Shown one piece after another: positions 28,701-43,700 of a DNA stretch of 64,000 nucleotides. The DNA comes from Eledone cirrhosa (taxonomy: Eukaryota). The position numbers and the translations under genes were made by a program. Under the pieces are notes generated by a model. That model was not told the DNA's origin. It made no database searches and was given only the letters and a program-made list of their open reading frames with translations. Where the stretch lies: NCBI GenBank assembly GCA_964016885.1, contig OZ024740.1, positions 33,790,001 through 33,854,000 on the forward strand, written 5' to 3'. Every line of letters begins with the position of its first letter. Position 1 is the first letter of the stretch.

Positions 28701-31700
28701 TTTACTGCTATCTTCCAACTCTGTCTTACCATCAATCATCTTTACTGCTATCTTCCAACTCTCTCTTACCGTCAACCATCTTTACTGCTACCTTCCAACT
28801 CTCACTTACCATCAACCATCTTTACTGCTATCTTCCAACTCTCTCTTACCATCAACCATCTTTACTGCTATCTTCCAACTCTCTCTTACCATCAACCATC
28901 TTTACTGCTATCTTCCAACTCTCTCTTACCATCAACCATCTTTACTGCTATCTTCCAACTCTCTCTTACCATCAATCATCTTTACTGCTATCTTCCAACT
29001 CTCTCTTACCGTCAACCATCTTTACTGCTACCTTCCAACTCTCACTTACCATCAACCATCTTTACTGCTATCTTCCAACTCTCTCTTACCATCAACCATC
29101 TTTACTGCTATCTTCCAACTCTCTCTTACCATCAACCATCTTTACTGCTATCTTCCAACTCTCTCTTACCATCAACCATCTTTACTGCTATCTTCCAACT
29201 CTCTCTTACCATCAACCATCTTTACTGCTATCTTCCAACTCTCTCTTACCAATAACCCTCTTTACTGCTATCTTCTAACTCTCTCTTACCATCAACCATC
29301 TTTACTGCTATCTTCAAACTCTCTCTTACCAATAACCATCTTTACTGCCATCTTCCAACTCTCTCTTACCATCAACCATCTTTTCTGCTATCTTCCAACT
29401 CTCTCTCTTACCATCAACCATCTTTACTGCTATCTTCCAACTCTCTCTTACCATCTTTACTGCTATCTTCTAACTCTCTCTTACCATCAACCATCTTTAC
29501 TGCTATCTTCCAACTCTCTCTCTTACCATCAACCATCTTTACTGCTATCTTCTAACTCTCTCTTACCATCAACCATCTTTACTGCTACCTTCCAACTCTC
29601 TCTTACCATCAACCATCTTTACTGATATCTTCCAACTCTCTCTTACCAATAACCATCTTTACTGCTATCTTCCAACTCTCTCTCTTACCATCAACCATCT
29701 TTACTGCTATCTTCCAACTGTCTCTTACCATCAACCATCTTTACTGCTACCTTCCAACTCTCTCTTACCATCAACCATCTTTACTGCTATCTTCCAACGC
29801 TCTCTTACCATCAACCATCTTTACTGCTATCTTCCAACTGTCTCTAACCATCAACCATCTTTACTGCTATCTTCCAACTGTCTCTAACCATCAACCATCT
29901 TTACTGCTATCTTCCAACTCTCTCTTACCATCAACCATCTTTACTGCTATCTTCCAACGCTCTCTTACCATCAACCATCTTTACTGCTATCTTCCAACTC
30001 TCTCTTACCAATAACCATCTTTACTGCTATCTTCTAACTCTCTCTTACCATCAACCATCTTTACTGCTATCTTCCAACTCTCTCTTACCAATAACCATCT
30101 TTACTGCCATCTTCCAACTCTCTCTTACCATCAACCATCTTTTCTGCTATCTTCCAACTCTCTCTCTTACCATCAACCCTCTTTACTGCTATCTTCCAAC
30201 TCTCTCTTACCATCAACCATCTTTACTGCTATCTTCTAACTCTCTCTTACCATCAACCATCTTTACTGCTATCTTCCAACTCTCTCTCTTACCATCAACC
30301 ATCTTTACTGCTATCTTCTAACTCTCTCTTACCATCAACCATCTTTACTGCTACCTTCCAACTCTCTCTTACCATCAACCATCTTTACTGCTACCTTCCA
30401 ACTCTCTCTTACCATCAACCATCTTTAATGCTATCTTCTAACTCTCTCTTACCATCAACCATCTTTACTGCTATCTTCCAACTCTCTCTTACCAATAACC
30501 ATCTTTACTGCTATCTTCTAACTCTCTCTTACCATCAACCATCTTTACTGCTATCTTCCAACTCTCTCTTACCATCAACCATCTTTACTGTTATCTTCTA
30601 ACTCTCTCTTACCATCAACCATCTTTACTGCTATCTTCCAACTCTCTCTTACCATCAACCATCTTTACTGCTATCTTCTAACTCTCTCTTACCATCAACC
30701 ATCTTTACTGCTATCTTCCAACTCTCTCTCTTACCATCAACCATCTTTACTGCTATCTTCTAACTCTCTCTTACCATCAACCATCTTTACTGCTACCTTC
30801 CAACTCTCTCTTACCATCAACCATCTTTACTGCTATCTTCCAACTCTCTCTTACCAATAACCATCTTTACTGCTATCTTCTAACTCTCTCTTACCATCAA
30901 CCATCTTTACTGCTATCTTCCAACTCTCTCTTACCATCAACCATCTTTACTGTTATCTTCTAACTCTCTCTTACCATCAACCATCTTTACTGCTATCTTC
31001 TAACTCTCTCTTACCATCAACCATCTTTACTGCTATCTTCCAACTCTCTCTTACCATCAACCATCTTTACTGCTATCTTCCAACTGTCTCTTACCATCAA
31101 CCATCTTTACTGCTATCTTCCAACTGTCTCTTACCATCAACCATCTTTACTGCTACCTTCCAACTCTCTCTTACCATCAACCATCTTTACTGCTATCTTC
31201 CAACTGTCTCTAACCATCAACCATCTTTACTGCTATCTTCCAACTTTCTCTTACCATCAACCATCTTTACTGCTATCTTCCAACGCTCTCTTACCATCAA
31301 CCATCTTTACTGCTATCTTCCAACTCTCTCTTACCAATAACCATCTTTACTGCTATCCTCTAACTCTCTCTTACCATCAACCATCTTTACTGCTATCTTC
31401 CAACTCTCTCTTACCGTCAACCATCTTTACTGCTATCTTCCAACTCTCTCTTACCAATAACCATCTTTACTGCTATCTTCTAACTCTCTCTTACCATCAA
31501 CCATCTTTACTGCTATCTTCCAACTCTCTCTTACCAATAACCATCTTTACTGCCATCTTCCAACTCTCTCTTACCATCAACCATCTTTTCTGCTATCTTC
31601 CAACTCTCTCTCTTACCATCAACCCTCTTTACTGCTATCTTCCAACTCTCTCTTACCATCAACCATCTTTACTGCTATCTTCTAACTCTCTCTTACCATC

Positions 31701-34700
31701 AACCATCTTTACTGCTACCTTCCAACTCTCTCTTACCATCAACCATCTTTACTGCTATCTTCCAACTCTCTCTTACCAATAACCATCTTTACTGCTATCT
31801 TCCAACTCTCTCTTACCATCAACCATCTTTACTGCTATTTTCCAACTCTCTCTTACCATCAACCATCTTTACTGCTATCTTCCAACTCTCTCTTACCATC
31901 AACTATCTTTACTGCTATCTTCCAACTCTCTCTTACCATCAACCATCTTTACTGCTACCTTCCAAGTCTCTCTTACCATCAACCATCTTTACTGCTATCT
32001 TCCAACTCTCTCTTACCATCAACCATCTTTACTGCTATCTTCCAACTCTCTCTTACCATCAACTATCTTTACTGCTATCTTCCAACTCTCTCTTACCATC
32101 AACCATCTTTACTGCTAACTTCCAACTCTCTCTTACCAATAACCATCTTTACTGCTATCTTCCAACTCTCTCTTACCATCAACCATCTTTACTGCTATCT
32201 TCCAACTCTCTCTTACCATCAACCATCTTTACTGCTATCTTCCGACTCTCTCTTACCATCAACCATCTTTACTGCTATCTTCCAACTCTCTCTTACCATC
32301 AACCATCTTTACTGCTATCTTCCAACTCTCTCTTACCATCAACCATCTTTACTGCTATCTTCCAACTCTGTCTTACCATCAATCATCTTTACTGCTATCT
32401 TCCAACTCTCTCTTACCGTCAACCATCTTTACTGCTACCTTCCAACTCTCACTTACCATCAACCATCTTTACTGCTATCTTCCAACTCTCTCTTACCATC
32501 AACCATCTTTACTGCTATCTTCCAACTCTCTCTTACCATCAACCATCTTTACTGCTATCTTCCAACTCTCTCTTACCATCAACCATCTTTACTGCTATCT
32601 TCCAACTCTCTCTTACCATCAATCATCTTTACTGCTATCTTCCAACTCTCTCTTACCGTCAACCATCTTTACTGCTACCTTCCAACTCTCACTTACCATC
32701 AACCATCTTTACTGCTATCTTCCAACTCTCTCTTACCATCAACCATCTTTACTGCTATCTTCCAACTCTCTCTTACCATCAACCATCTTTACTGCTATCT
32801 TCCAACTCTCTCTTACCATCAACCATCTTTACTGCTATCTTCCAACTCTCTCTTACCATCAACCATCTTTACTGCTATCTTCCAACTCTCTCTTACCAAT
32901 AACCCTCTTTACTGCTATCTTCTAACTCTCTCTTACCATCAACCATCTTTACTGCTATCTTCAAACTCTCTCTTACCAATAACCATCTTTACTGCCATCT
33001 TCCAACTCTCTCTTACCATCAACCATCTTTTCTGCTATCTTCCAACTCTCTCTCTTACCATCAACCATCTTTACTGCTATCTTCTAACTCTCTCTTACCA
33101 TCAACCATCTTTACTGCTACCTTCCAACTCTCTCTTACCATCAACCATCTTTACTGATATCTTCCAACTCTCTCTTACCAATAACCATCTTTACTGCTAT
33201 CTTCCAACTCTCTCTCTTACCATCAACCATCTTTACTGCTATCTTCCAACTGTCTCTTACCATCAACCATCTTTACTGCTACCTTCCAACTCTCTCTTAC
33301 CATCAACCATCTTTACTGCTATCTTCTAACTCTCTCTTACCATCAACCATCTTTACTGCTATCTTCCAACTCTCTCTTACCATCAACCATCTTTACTGCT
33401 ATCTTCCAACTGTCTCTTACCATCAACCATCTTTACTGCTATCTTCCAACTGTCTCTTACCATCAACCATCTTTACTGCTATCTTCCAACTCTCTCTTAC
33501 CATCAACCATCTTTACTGCTATCTTCCAACTCTCTCTTACCATCAACCATCTTTACTGCTATCTTCTAACTCTCTCTTACCATCAACCATCTTTACTGCT
33601 ACCTTCCAACTCTCTCTTACCATCAACCATCTTTACTGCTATCTTCCAACTCTCTCTTACCAATAACCATCTTTACTGCTATCTTCCAACTCTCTCTTAC
33701 CATCAACCATCTTTACTGCTATTTTCCAACTCTCTCTTACCATCAACCATCTTTACTGCTATCTTCCAACTCTCTCTTACCATCAACTATCTTTACTGCT
33801 ATCTTCCAACTCTCTCTTACCATCAACCATCTTTACTGCTACCTTCCAAGTCTCTCTTACCATCAACCATCTTTACTGCTATCTTCCAACTCTCTCTTAC
33901 CATCAACCATCTTTACTGCTATCTTCCAACTCTCTCTTACCATCAACTATCTTTACTGCTATCTTCCAACTCTCTCTTACCATCAACCATCTTTACTGCT
34001 AACTTCCAACTCTCTCTTACCAATAACCATCTTTACTGCTATCTTCCAACTCTCTCTTACCATCAACCATCTTTACTGCTATCTTCCAACTCTCTCTTAC
34101 CATCAACCATCTTTACTGCTATCTTCCGACTCTCTCTTACCATCAACCATCTTTACTGCTACCTTCCAACTCTCTCTTACCATCAACCATCTTTACTGCT
34201 ATCTTCCAACTGTCTCTAACCATCAACCATCTTTACTGCTATCTTCCAACTTTCTCTTACCATCAACCATCTTTACTGCTATCTTCCAACGCTCTCTTAC
34301 CATCAACCATCTTTACTGCTATCTTCCAACTCTCTCTTACCAATAACCATCTTTACTGCTATCCTCTAACTCTCTCTTACCATCAACCATCTTTACTGCT
34401 ATCTTCCAACTCTCTCTTACCGTCAACCATCTTTACTGCTATCTTCCAACTCTCTCTTACCAATAACCATCTTTACTGCTATCTTCTAACTCTCTCTTAC
34501 CATCAACCATCTTTACTGCTATCTTCCAACTCTCTCTTACCAATAACCATCTTTACTGCCATCTTCCAACTCTCTCTTACCATCAACCATCTTTTCTGCT
34601 ATCTTCCAACTCTCTCTCTTACCATCAACCCTCTTTACTGCTATCTTCCAACTCTCTCTTACCATCAACCATCTTTACTGCTATCTTCTAACTCTCTCTT

Positions 34701-37700
34701 ACCATCAACCATCTTTACTGCTACCTTCCAACTCTCTCTTACCATCAACCATCTTTACTGCTATCTTCCAACTCTCTCTTACCAATAACCATCTTTACTG
34801 CTATCTTCCAACTCTCTCTTACCATCAACCATCTTTACTGCTATTTTCCAACTCTCTCTTACCATCAACCATCTTTACTGCTATCTTCCAACTCTCTCTT
34901 ACCATCAACTATCTTTACTGCTATCTTCCAACTCTCTCTTACCATCAACCATCTTTACTGCTACCTTCCAAGTCTCTCTTACCATCAACCATCTTTACTG
35001 CTATCTTCCAACTCTCTCTTACCATCAACCATCTTTACTGCTATCTTCCAACTCTCTCTTACCATCAACTATCTTTACTGCTATCTTCCAACTCTCTCTT
35101 ACCATCAACCATCTTTACTGCTAACTTCCAACTCTCTCTTACCAATAACCATCTTTACTGCTATCTTCCAACTCTCTCTTACCATCAACCATCTTTACTG
35201 CTATCTTCCAACTCTCTCTTACCATCAACCATCTTTACTGCTATCTTCCGACTCTCTCTTACCATCAACCATCTTTACTGCTATCTTCCAACTCTCTCTT
35301 ACCATCAACCATCTTTACTGCTATCTTCCAACTCTCTCTTACCATCAACCATCTTTACTGCTATCTTCCAACTCTGTCTTACCATCAATCATCTTTACTG
35401 CTATCTTCCAACTCTCTCTTACCGTCAACCATCTTTACTGCTACCTTCCAACTCTCACTTACCATCAACCATCTTTACTGCTATCTTCCAACTCTCTCTT
35501 ACCATCAACCATCTTTACTGCTATCTTCCAACTCTCTCTTACCATCAACCATCTTTACTGCTATCTTCCAACTCTCTCTTACCATCAACCATCTTTACTG
35601 CTATCTTCCAACTCTCTCTTACCATCAATCATCTTTACTGCTATCTTCTAACTCTCTCTTACCAATAACCATCTTTACTGCTATCTTCCAACTCTCTCTT
35701 ACCATCAACCATCTTTACTGCTATCTTCCAACTCTCTCTTACCAATAACCATCTTTACTGCTATCTTCCAACTCTCTCTTACCATCAACCATCTTAACTG
35801 CTATCTTCCAACTCTCTCTTACCATCAACCATCTTTACTGCTATCTTCCAACTCTCTCTTACCATCAACTATCTTTACTGCTATCTTCCAACTCTCTCTT
35901 ACCATCAACCATCTTTACTGCTACCTTCTAACTCTCTCTTACCATCAACCATCTTTACTGCTACCTTCCAACTCTCTCTTACCATCAACCATCTTTACTG
36001 CTATCTTCCAACTCTCTCTTACCATCAACCATCTTTACTGCTATCTTCCAACTCTCTCTTACCATCAACCATCTTTACTGCTATCTTCCGACTCTCTCTT
36101 ACCATCAACCATCTTTACTGCTATCTTCCAACTCTCTCTTACCATCAACCATCTTTACTGCTATCTCCCAACTCTCTCTTACCATCAACCATCTTTACTG
36201 CTATCTTCCAACTCTCTCTTACCATCAACCATCTTTACTGTTATCTTCTAACTCTCTCTTACCATCAACCATCTTTACTGCTATCTTCTAACTCTCTCTT
36301 ATCCTTCAAACATCTTTACTGCTATCTTCCAACTCTCTCTTACCAATAACCGTCTTTACTGCTATCTTCTAACTCTCCCTTACCATCAACCATCTTTACT
36401 GCTATCTTCCAACTCTCTCTTACCAATAACCATCTTTACTGCCATCTTCCAACTCTCTCTTACCATCAACCATCTTTACTGCTATCTTCCAACTCTCTCT
36501 TACCATCAACTATCTTTACTGCTATCTTCCAACTCTCTCTTACCATCAACCATCTTTACTGCTAACTTCCAACTCTCTCTTACCAATAACCATCTTTACT
36601 GCTATCTTCTAACTCTCTCTTACCATCAACCATCTTTACTGCTATCTTCCAACTCTCTCTTACCATCAACCATCTTTACTGTTATCTTCTAACTCTCTCT
36701 TACCATCAACCATCTTTACTGCTATCTTCCAACTCTCTCTTACCATCAACCATCTTTACTGCTATCTTCTAACTCTCTCTTACCATCAACCATCTTTACT
36801 GCTATCTTCCAACTCTCTCTCTTACCATCAACCATCTTTACTGCTATCTTCTAACTCTCTCTTACCATCAACCATCTTTACTGCTACCTTCCAACTCTCT
36901 CTTACCATCAACCATCTTTACTGCTATCTTCCAACTCTCTCTTACCAATAACCATCTTTACTGCTATCTTCTAACTCTCTCTTACCATCAACCATCTTTA
37001 CTGCTATCTTCCAACTCTCTCTTACCATCAACCATCTTTACTGTTATCTTCTAACTCTCTCTTACCATCAACCATCTTTACTGCTATCTTCTAACTCTCT
37101 CTTACCATCAACCATCTTTACTGCTATCTTCCAACTCTCTCTTACCATCAACCATCTTTACTGCTATCTTCCAACTGTCTCTTACCATCAACCATCTTTA
37201 CTGCTATCTTCCAACTGTCTCTTACCATCAACCATCTTTACTGCTACCTTCCAACTCTCTCTTACCATCAACCATCTTTACTGCTATCTTCCAACTGTCT
37301 CTAACCATCAACCATCTTTACTGCTATCTTCCAACTTTCTCTTACCATCAACCATCTTTACTGCTATCTTCCAACGCTCTCTTACCATCAACCATCTTTA
37401 CTGCTATCTTCCAACTCTCTCTTACCAATAACCATCTTTACTGCTATCCTCTAACTCTCTCTTACCATCAACCATCTTTACTGCTATCTTCCAACTCTCT
37501 CTTACCGTCAACCATCTTTACTGCTATCTTCCAACTCTCTCTTACCAATAACCATCTTTACTGCTATCTTCTAACTCTCTCTTACCATCAACCATCTTTA
37601 CTGCTATCTTCCAACTCTCTCTTACCAATAACCATCTTTACTGCCATCTTCCAACTCTCTCTTACCATCAACCATCTTTTCTGCTATCTTCCAACTCTCT

Positions 37701-40700
37701 CTCTTACCATCAACCCTCTTTACTGCTATCTTCCAACTCTCTCTTACCATCAACCATCTTTACTGCTATCTTCTAACTCTCTCTTACCATCAACCATCTT
37801 TACTGCTACCTTCCAACTCTCTCTTACCATCAACCATCTTTACTGCTATCTTCCAACTCTCTCTTACCAATAACCATCTTTACTGCTATCTTCCAACTCT
37901 CTCTTACCATCAACCATCTTTACTGCTATTTTCCAACTCTCTCTTACCATCAACCATCTTTACTGCTATCTTCCAACTCTCTCTTACCATCAACTATCTT
38001 TACTGCTATCTTCCAACTCTCTCTTACCATCAACCATCTTTACTGCTACCTTCCAAGTCTCTCTTACCATCAACCATCTTTACTGCTATCTTCCAACTCT
38101 CTCTTACCATCAACCATCTTTACTGCTATCTTCCAACTCTCTCTTACCATCAACTATCTTTACTGCTATCTTCCAACTCTCTCTTACCATCAACCATCTT
38201 TACTGCTAACTTCCAACTCTCTCTTACCAATAACCATCTTTACTGCTATCTTCCAACTCTCTCTTACCATCAACCATCTTTACTGCTATCTTCCAACTCT
38301 CTCTTACCATCAACCATCTTTACTGCTATCTTCCGACTCTCTCTTACCATCAACCATCTTTACTGCTATCTTCCAACTCTCTCTTACCATCAACCATCTT
38401 TACTGCTATCTTCCAACTCTCTCTTACCATCAACCATCTTTACTGCTATCTTCCAACTCTGTCTTACCATCAATCATCTTTACTGCTATCTTCCAACTCT
38501 CTCTTACCGTCAACCATCTTTACTGCTACCTTCCAACTCTCACTTACCATCAACCATCTTTACTGCTATCTTCCAACTCTCTCTTACCATCAACCATCTT
38601 TACTGCTATCTTCCAACTCTCTCTTACCATCAACCATCTTTACTGCTATCTTCCAACTCTCTCTTACCATCAACCATCTTTACTGCTATCTTCCAACTCT
38701 CTCTTACCATCAATCATCTTTACTGCTATCTTCCAACTCTCTCTTACCGTCAACCATCTTTACTGCTACCTTCCAACTCTCACTTACCATCAACCATCTT
38801 TACTGCTATCTTCCAACTCTCTCTTACCATCAACCATCTTTACTGCTATCTTCCAACTCTCTCTTACCATCAACCATCTTTACTGCTATCTTCCAACTCT
38901 CTCTTACCATCAACCATCTTTACTGCTATCTTCCAACTCTCTCTTACCATCAACCATCTTTACTGCTATCTTCCAACTCTCTCTTACCAATAACCCTCTT
39001 TACTGCTATCTTCTAACTCTCTCTTACCATCAACCATCTTTACTGCTATCTTCAAACTCTCTCTTACCAATAACCATCTTTACTGCCATCTTCCAACTCT
39101 CTCTTACCATCAACCATCTTTTCTGCTATCTTCCAACTCTCTCTCTTACCATCAACCATCTTTACTGCTATCTTCCAACTTTCTCTTACCATCTTTACTG
39201 CTATCTTCTAACTCTCTCTTACCATCAACCATCTTTACTGCTATCTTCCAACTCTCTCTCTTACCATCAACCATCTTTACTGCTATCTTCTAACTCTCTC
39301 TTACCATCAACCATCTTTACTGCTACCTTCCAACTCTCTCTTACCATCAACCATCTTTACTGCTACCTTCCAACTCTCTCTTACCATCAACCATCTTTAC
39401 TGATATCTTCCAACTCTCTCTTACCAATAACCATCTTTACTGCTATCTTCCAACTCTCTCTCTTACCATCAACCATCTTTACTGCTATCTTCCAACTGTC
39501 TCTTACCATCAACCATCTTTACTGCTACCTTCCAACTCTCTCTTACCATCAACCATCTTTACTGCTATCTTCTAACTCTCTCTTACCATCAACCATCTTT
39601 ACTGCTATCTTCCAACTCTCTCTTACCATCAACCATCTTTACTGCTATCTTCCAACTGTCTCTTACCATCAACCATCTTTACTGCTATCTTCCAACTGTC
39701 TCTTACCATCAACCATCTTTACTGCTATCTTCCAACTCTCTCTTACCATCAACCATCTTTACTGCTATCTTCCAACTGTCTCTAACCATCAACCATCTTT
39801 ACTGCTATCTTCCAACTCTCTCTTACCATCAACCATCTTTACTGCTATCTTCCAACGCTCTCTTACCATCAACCATCTTTACTGCTATCTTCCAACTCTC
39901 TCTTACCAATAACCATCTTTACTGCTATCTTCTAACTCTCTCTTACCATCAACCATCTTTACTGCTATCTTCCAACTCTCTCTTACCAATAACCATCTTT
40001 ACTGCCATCTTCCAACTCTCTCTTACCATCAACCATCTTTTCTGCTATCTTCCAACTCTCTCTCTTACCATCAACCCTCTTTACTGCTATCTTCCAACTC
40101 TCTCTTACCATCAACCATCTTTACTGCTATCTTCTAACTCTCTCTTACCATCAACCATCTTTACTGCTATCTTCCAACTCTCTCTCTTACCATCAACCAT
40201 CTTTACTGCTATCTTCTAACTCTCTCTTACCATCAACCATCTTTACTGCTACCTTCCAACTCTCTCTTACCATCAACCATCTTTACTGCTATCTTCCAAC
40301 TCTCTCTTACCAATAACCATCTTTACTGCTATCTTCCAACTCTCTCTTACCATCAACCATCTTTACTGCTATTTTCCAACTCTCTCTTACCATCAACCAT
40401 CTTTACTGCTATCTTCCAACTCTCTCTTACCATCAACTATCTTTACTGCTATCTTCCAACTCTCTCTTACCATCAACCATCTTTACTGCTACCTTCCAAG
40501 TCTCTCTTACCATCAACCATCTTTACTGCTATCTTCCAACTCTCTCTTACCATCAACCATCTTTACTGCTATCTTCCAACTCTCTCTTACCATCAACTAT
40601 CTTTACTGCTATCTTCCAACTCTCTCTTACCATCAACCATCTTTACTGCTAACTTCCAACTCTCTCTTACCAATAACCATCTTTACTGCTATCTTCCAAC

Positions 40701-43700
40701 TCTCTCTTACCATCAACCATCTTTACTGCTATCTTCCAACTCTCTCTTACCATCAACCATCTTTACTGCTATCTTCCGACTCTCTCTTACCATCAACCAT
40801 CTTTACTGCTATCTTCCAACTCTCTCTTACCATCAACCATCTTTACTGCTATCTTCCAACTCTCTCTTACCATCAACCATCTTTACTGCTATCTTCCAAC
40901 TCTGTCTTACCATCAATCATCTTTACTGCTATCTTCCAACTCTCTCTTACCGTCAACCATCTTTACTGCTACCTTCCAACTCTCACTTACCATCAACCAT
41001 CTTTACTGCTATCTTCCAACTCTCTCTTACCATCAACCATCTTTACTGCTATCTTCCAACTCTCTCTTACCATCAACCATCTTTACTGCTATCTTCCAAC
41101 TCTCTCTTACCATCAACCATCTTTACTGCTATCTTCCAACTCTCTCTTACCATCAATCATCTTTACTGCTATCTTCCAACTCTCTCTTACCGTCAACCAT
41201 CTTTACTGCTACCTTCCAACTCTCACTTACCATCAACCATCTTTACTGCTATCTTCCAACTCTCTCTTACCATCAACCATCTTTACTGCTATCTTCCAAC
41301 TCTCTCTTACCATCAACCATCTTTACTGCTATCTTCCAACTCTCTCTTACCATCAACCATCTTTACTGCTATCTTCCAACTCTCTCTTACCATCAACCAT
41401 CTTTACTGCTATCTTCCAACTCTCTCTTACCAATAACCCTCTTTACTGCTATCTTCTAACTCTCTCTTACCATCAACCATCTTTACTGCTATCTTCAAAC
41501 TCTCTCTTACCAATAACCATCTTTACTGCCATCTTCCAACTCTCTCTTACCATCAACCATCTTTTCTGCTATCTTCCAACTCTCTCTCTTACCATCAACC
41601 ATCTTTACTGCTATCTTCCAACTCTCTCTTACCATCTTTACTGCTATCTTCTAACTCTCTCTTACCATCAACCATCTTTACTGCTATCTTCCAACTCTCT
41701 CTCTTACCATCAACCATCTTTACTGCTATCTTCTAACTCTCTCTTACCATCAACCATCTTTAGTGCTACCTTCCAACTCTCTCTTACCATCAACCATCTT
41801 TACTGATATCTTCCAACTCTCTCTTACCAATAACCATCTTTACTGCTATCTTCCAACTCTCTCTCTTACCATCAACCATCTTTACTGCTATCTTCCAACT
41901 GTCTCTTACCATCAACCATCTTTACTGCTACCTTCCAACTCTCTCTTACCATCAACCATCTTTACTGCTATCTTCCAACGCTCTCTTACCATCAACCATC
42001 TTTACTGCTATCTTCCAACTGTCTCTAACCATCAACCATCTTTACTGCTATCTTCCAACTGTCTCTAACCATCAACCATCTTTACTGCTATCTTCCAACT
42101 CTCTCTTACCATCAACCATCTTTACTGCTATCTTCCAACGCTCTCTTACCATCAACCATCTTTACTGCTATCTTCCAACTCTCTCTTACCAATAACCATC
42201 TTTACTGCTATCTTCTAACTCTCTCTTACCATCAACCATCTTTACTGCTATCTTCCAACTCTCTCTTACCAATAACCATCTTTACTGCCATCTTCCAACT
42301 CTCTCTTACCATCAACCATCTTTTCTGCTATCTTCCAACTCTCTCTCTTACCATCAACCCTCTTTACTGCTATCTTCCAACTCTCTCTTACCATCAACCA
42401 TCTTTACTGCTATCTTCTAACTCTCTCTTACCATCAACCATCTTTACTGCTATCTTCCAACTCTCTCTCTTACCATCAACCATCTTTACTGCTATCTTCT
42501 AACTCTCTCTTACCATCAACCATCTTTACTGCTACCTTCCAACTCTCTCTTACCATCAACCATCTTTACTGCTACCTTCCAACTCTCTCTTACCATCAAC
42601 CATCTTTAATGCTATCTTCTAACTCTCTCTTACCATCAACCATCTTTACTGCTATCTTCCAACTCTCTCTTACCAATAACCATCTTTACTGCTATCTTCT
42701 AACTCTCTCTTACCATCAACCATCTTTACTGCTATCTTCCAACTCTCTCTTACCATCAACCATCTTTACTGTTATCTTCTAACTCTCTCTTACCATCAAC
42801 CATCTTTACTGCTATCTTCCAACTCTCTCTTACCATCAACCATCTTTACTGCTATCTTCTAACTCTCTCTTACCATCAACCATCTTTACTGCTATCTTCC
42901 AACTCTCTCTCTTACCATCAACCATCTTTACTGCTATCTTCTAACTCTCTCTTACCATCAACCATCTTTACTGCTACCTTCCAACTCTCTCTTACCATCA
43001 ACCATCTTTACTGCTATCTTCCAACTCTCTCTTACCAATAACCATCTTTACTGCTATCTTCTAACTCTCTCTTACCATCAACCATCTTTACTGCTATCTT
43101 CCAACTCTCTCTTACCATCAACCATCTTTACTGTTATCTTCTAACTCTCTCTTACCATCAACCATCTTTACTGCTATCTTCTAACTCTCTCTTACCATCA
43201 ACCATCTTTACTGCTATCTTCCAACTCTCTCTTACCATCAACCATCTTTACTGCTATCTTCCAACTGTCTCTTACCATCAACCATCTTTACTGCTATCTT
43301 CCAACTGTCTCTTACCATCAACCATCTTTACTGCTACCTTCCAACTCTCTCTTACCATCAACCATCTTTACTGCTATCTTCCAACTGTCTCTAACCATCA
43401 ACCATCTTTACTGCTATCTTCCAACTTTCTCTTACCATCAACCATCTTTACTGCTATCTTCCAACGCTCTCTTACCATCAACCATCTTTACTGCTATCTT
43501 CCAACTCTCTCTTACCAATAACCATCTTTACTGCTATCCTCTAACTCTCTCTTACCATCAACCATCTTTACTGCTATCTTCCAACTCTCTCTTACCGTCA
43601 ACCATCTTTACTGCTATCTTCCAACTCTCTCTTACCAATAACCATCTTTACTGCTATCTTCTAACTCTCTCTTACCATCAACCATCTTTACTGCTATCTT

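Noticed and set aside
41763-42068. 101-aa ORF
   Set aside because: It starts at a GTG created by the private C>G change at 41763. The twin copy at 29582 lacks this start, and the product is just the repeat peptide.
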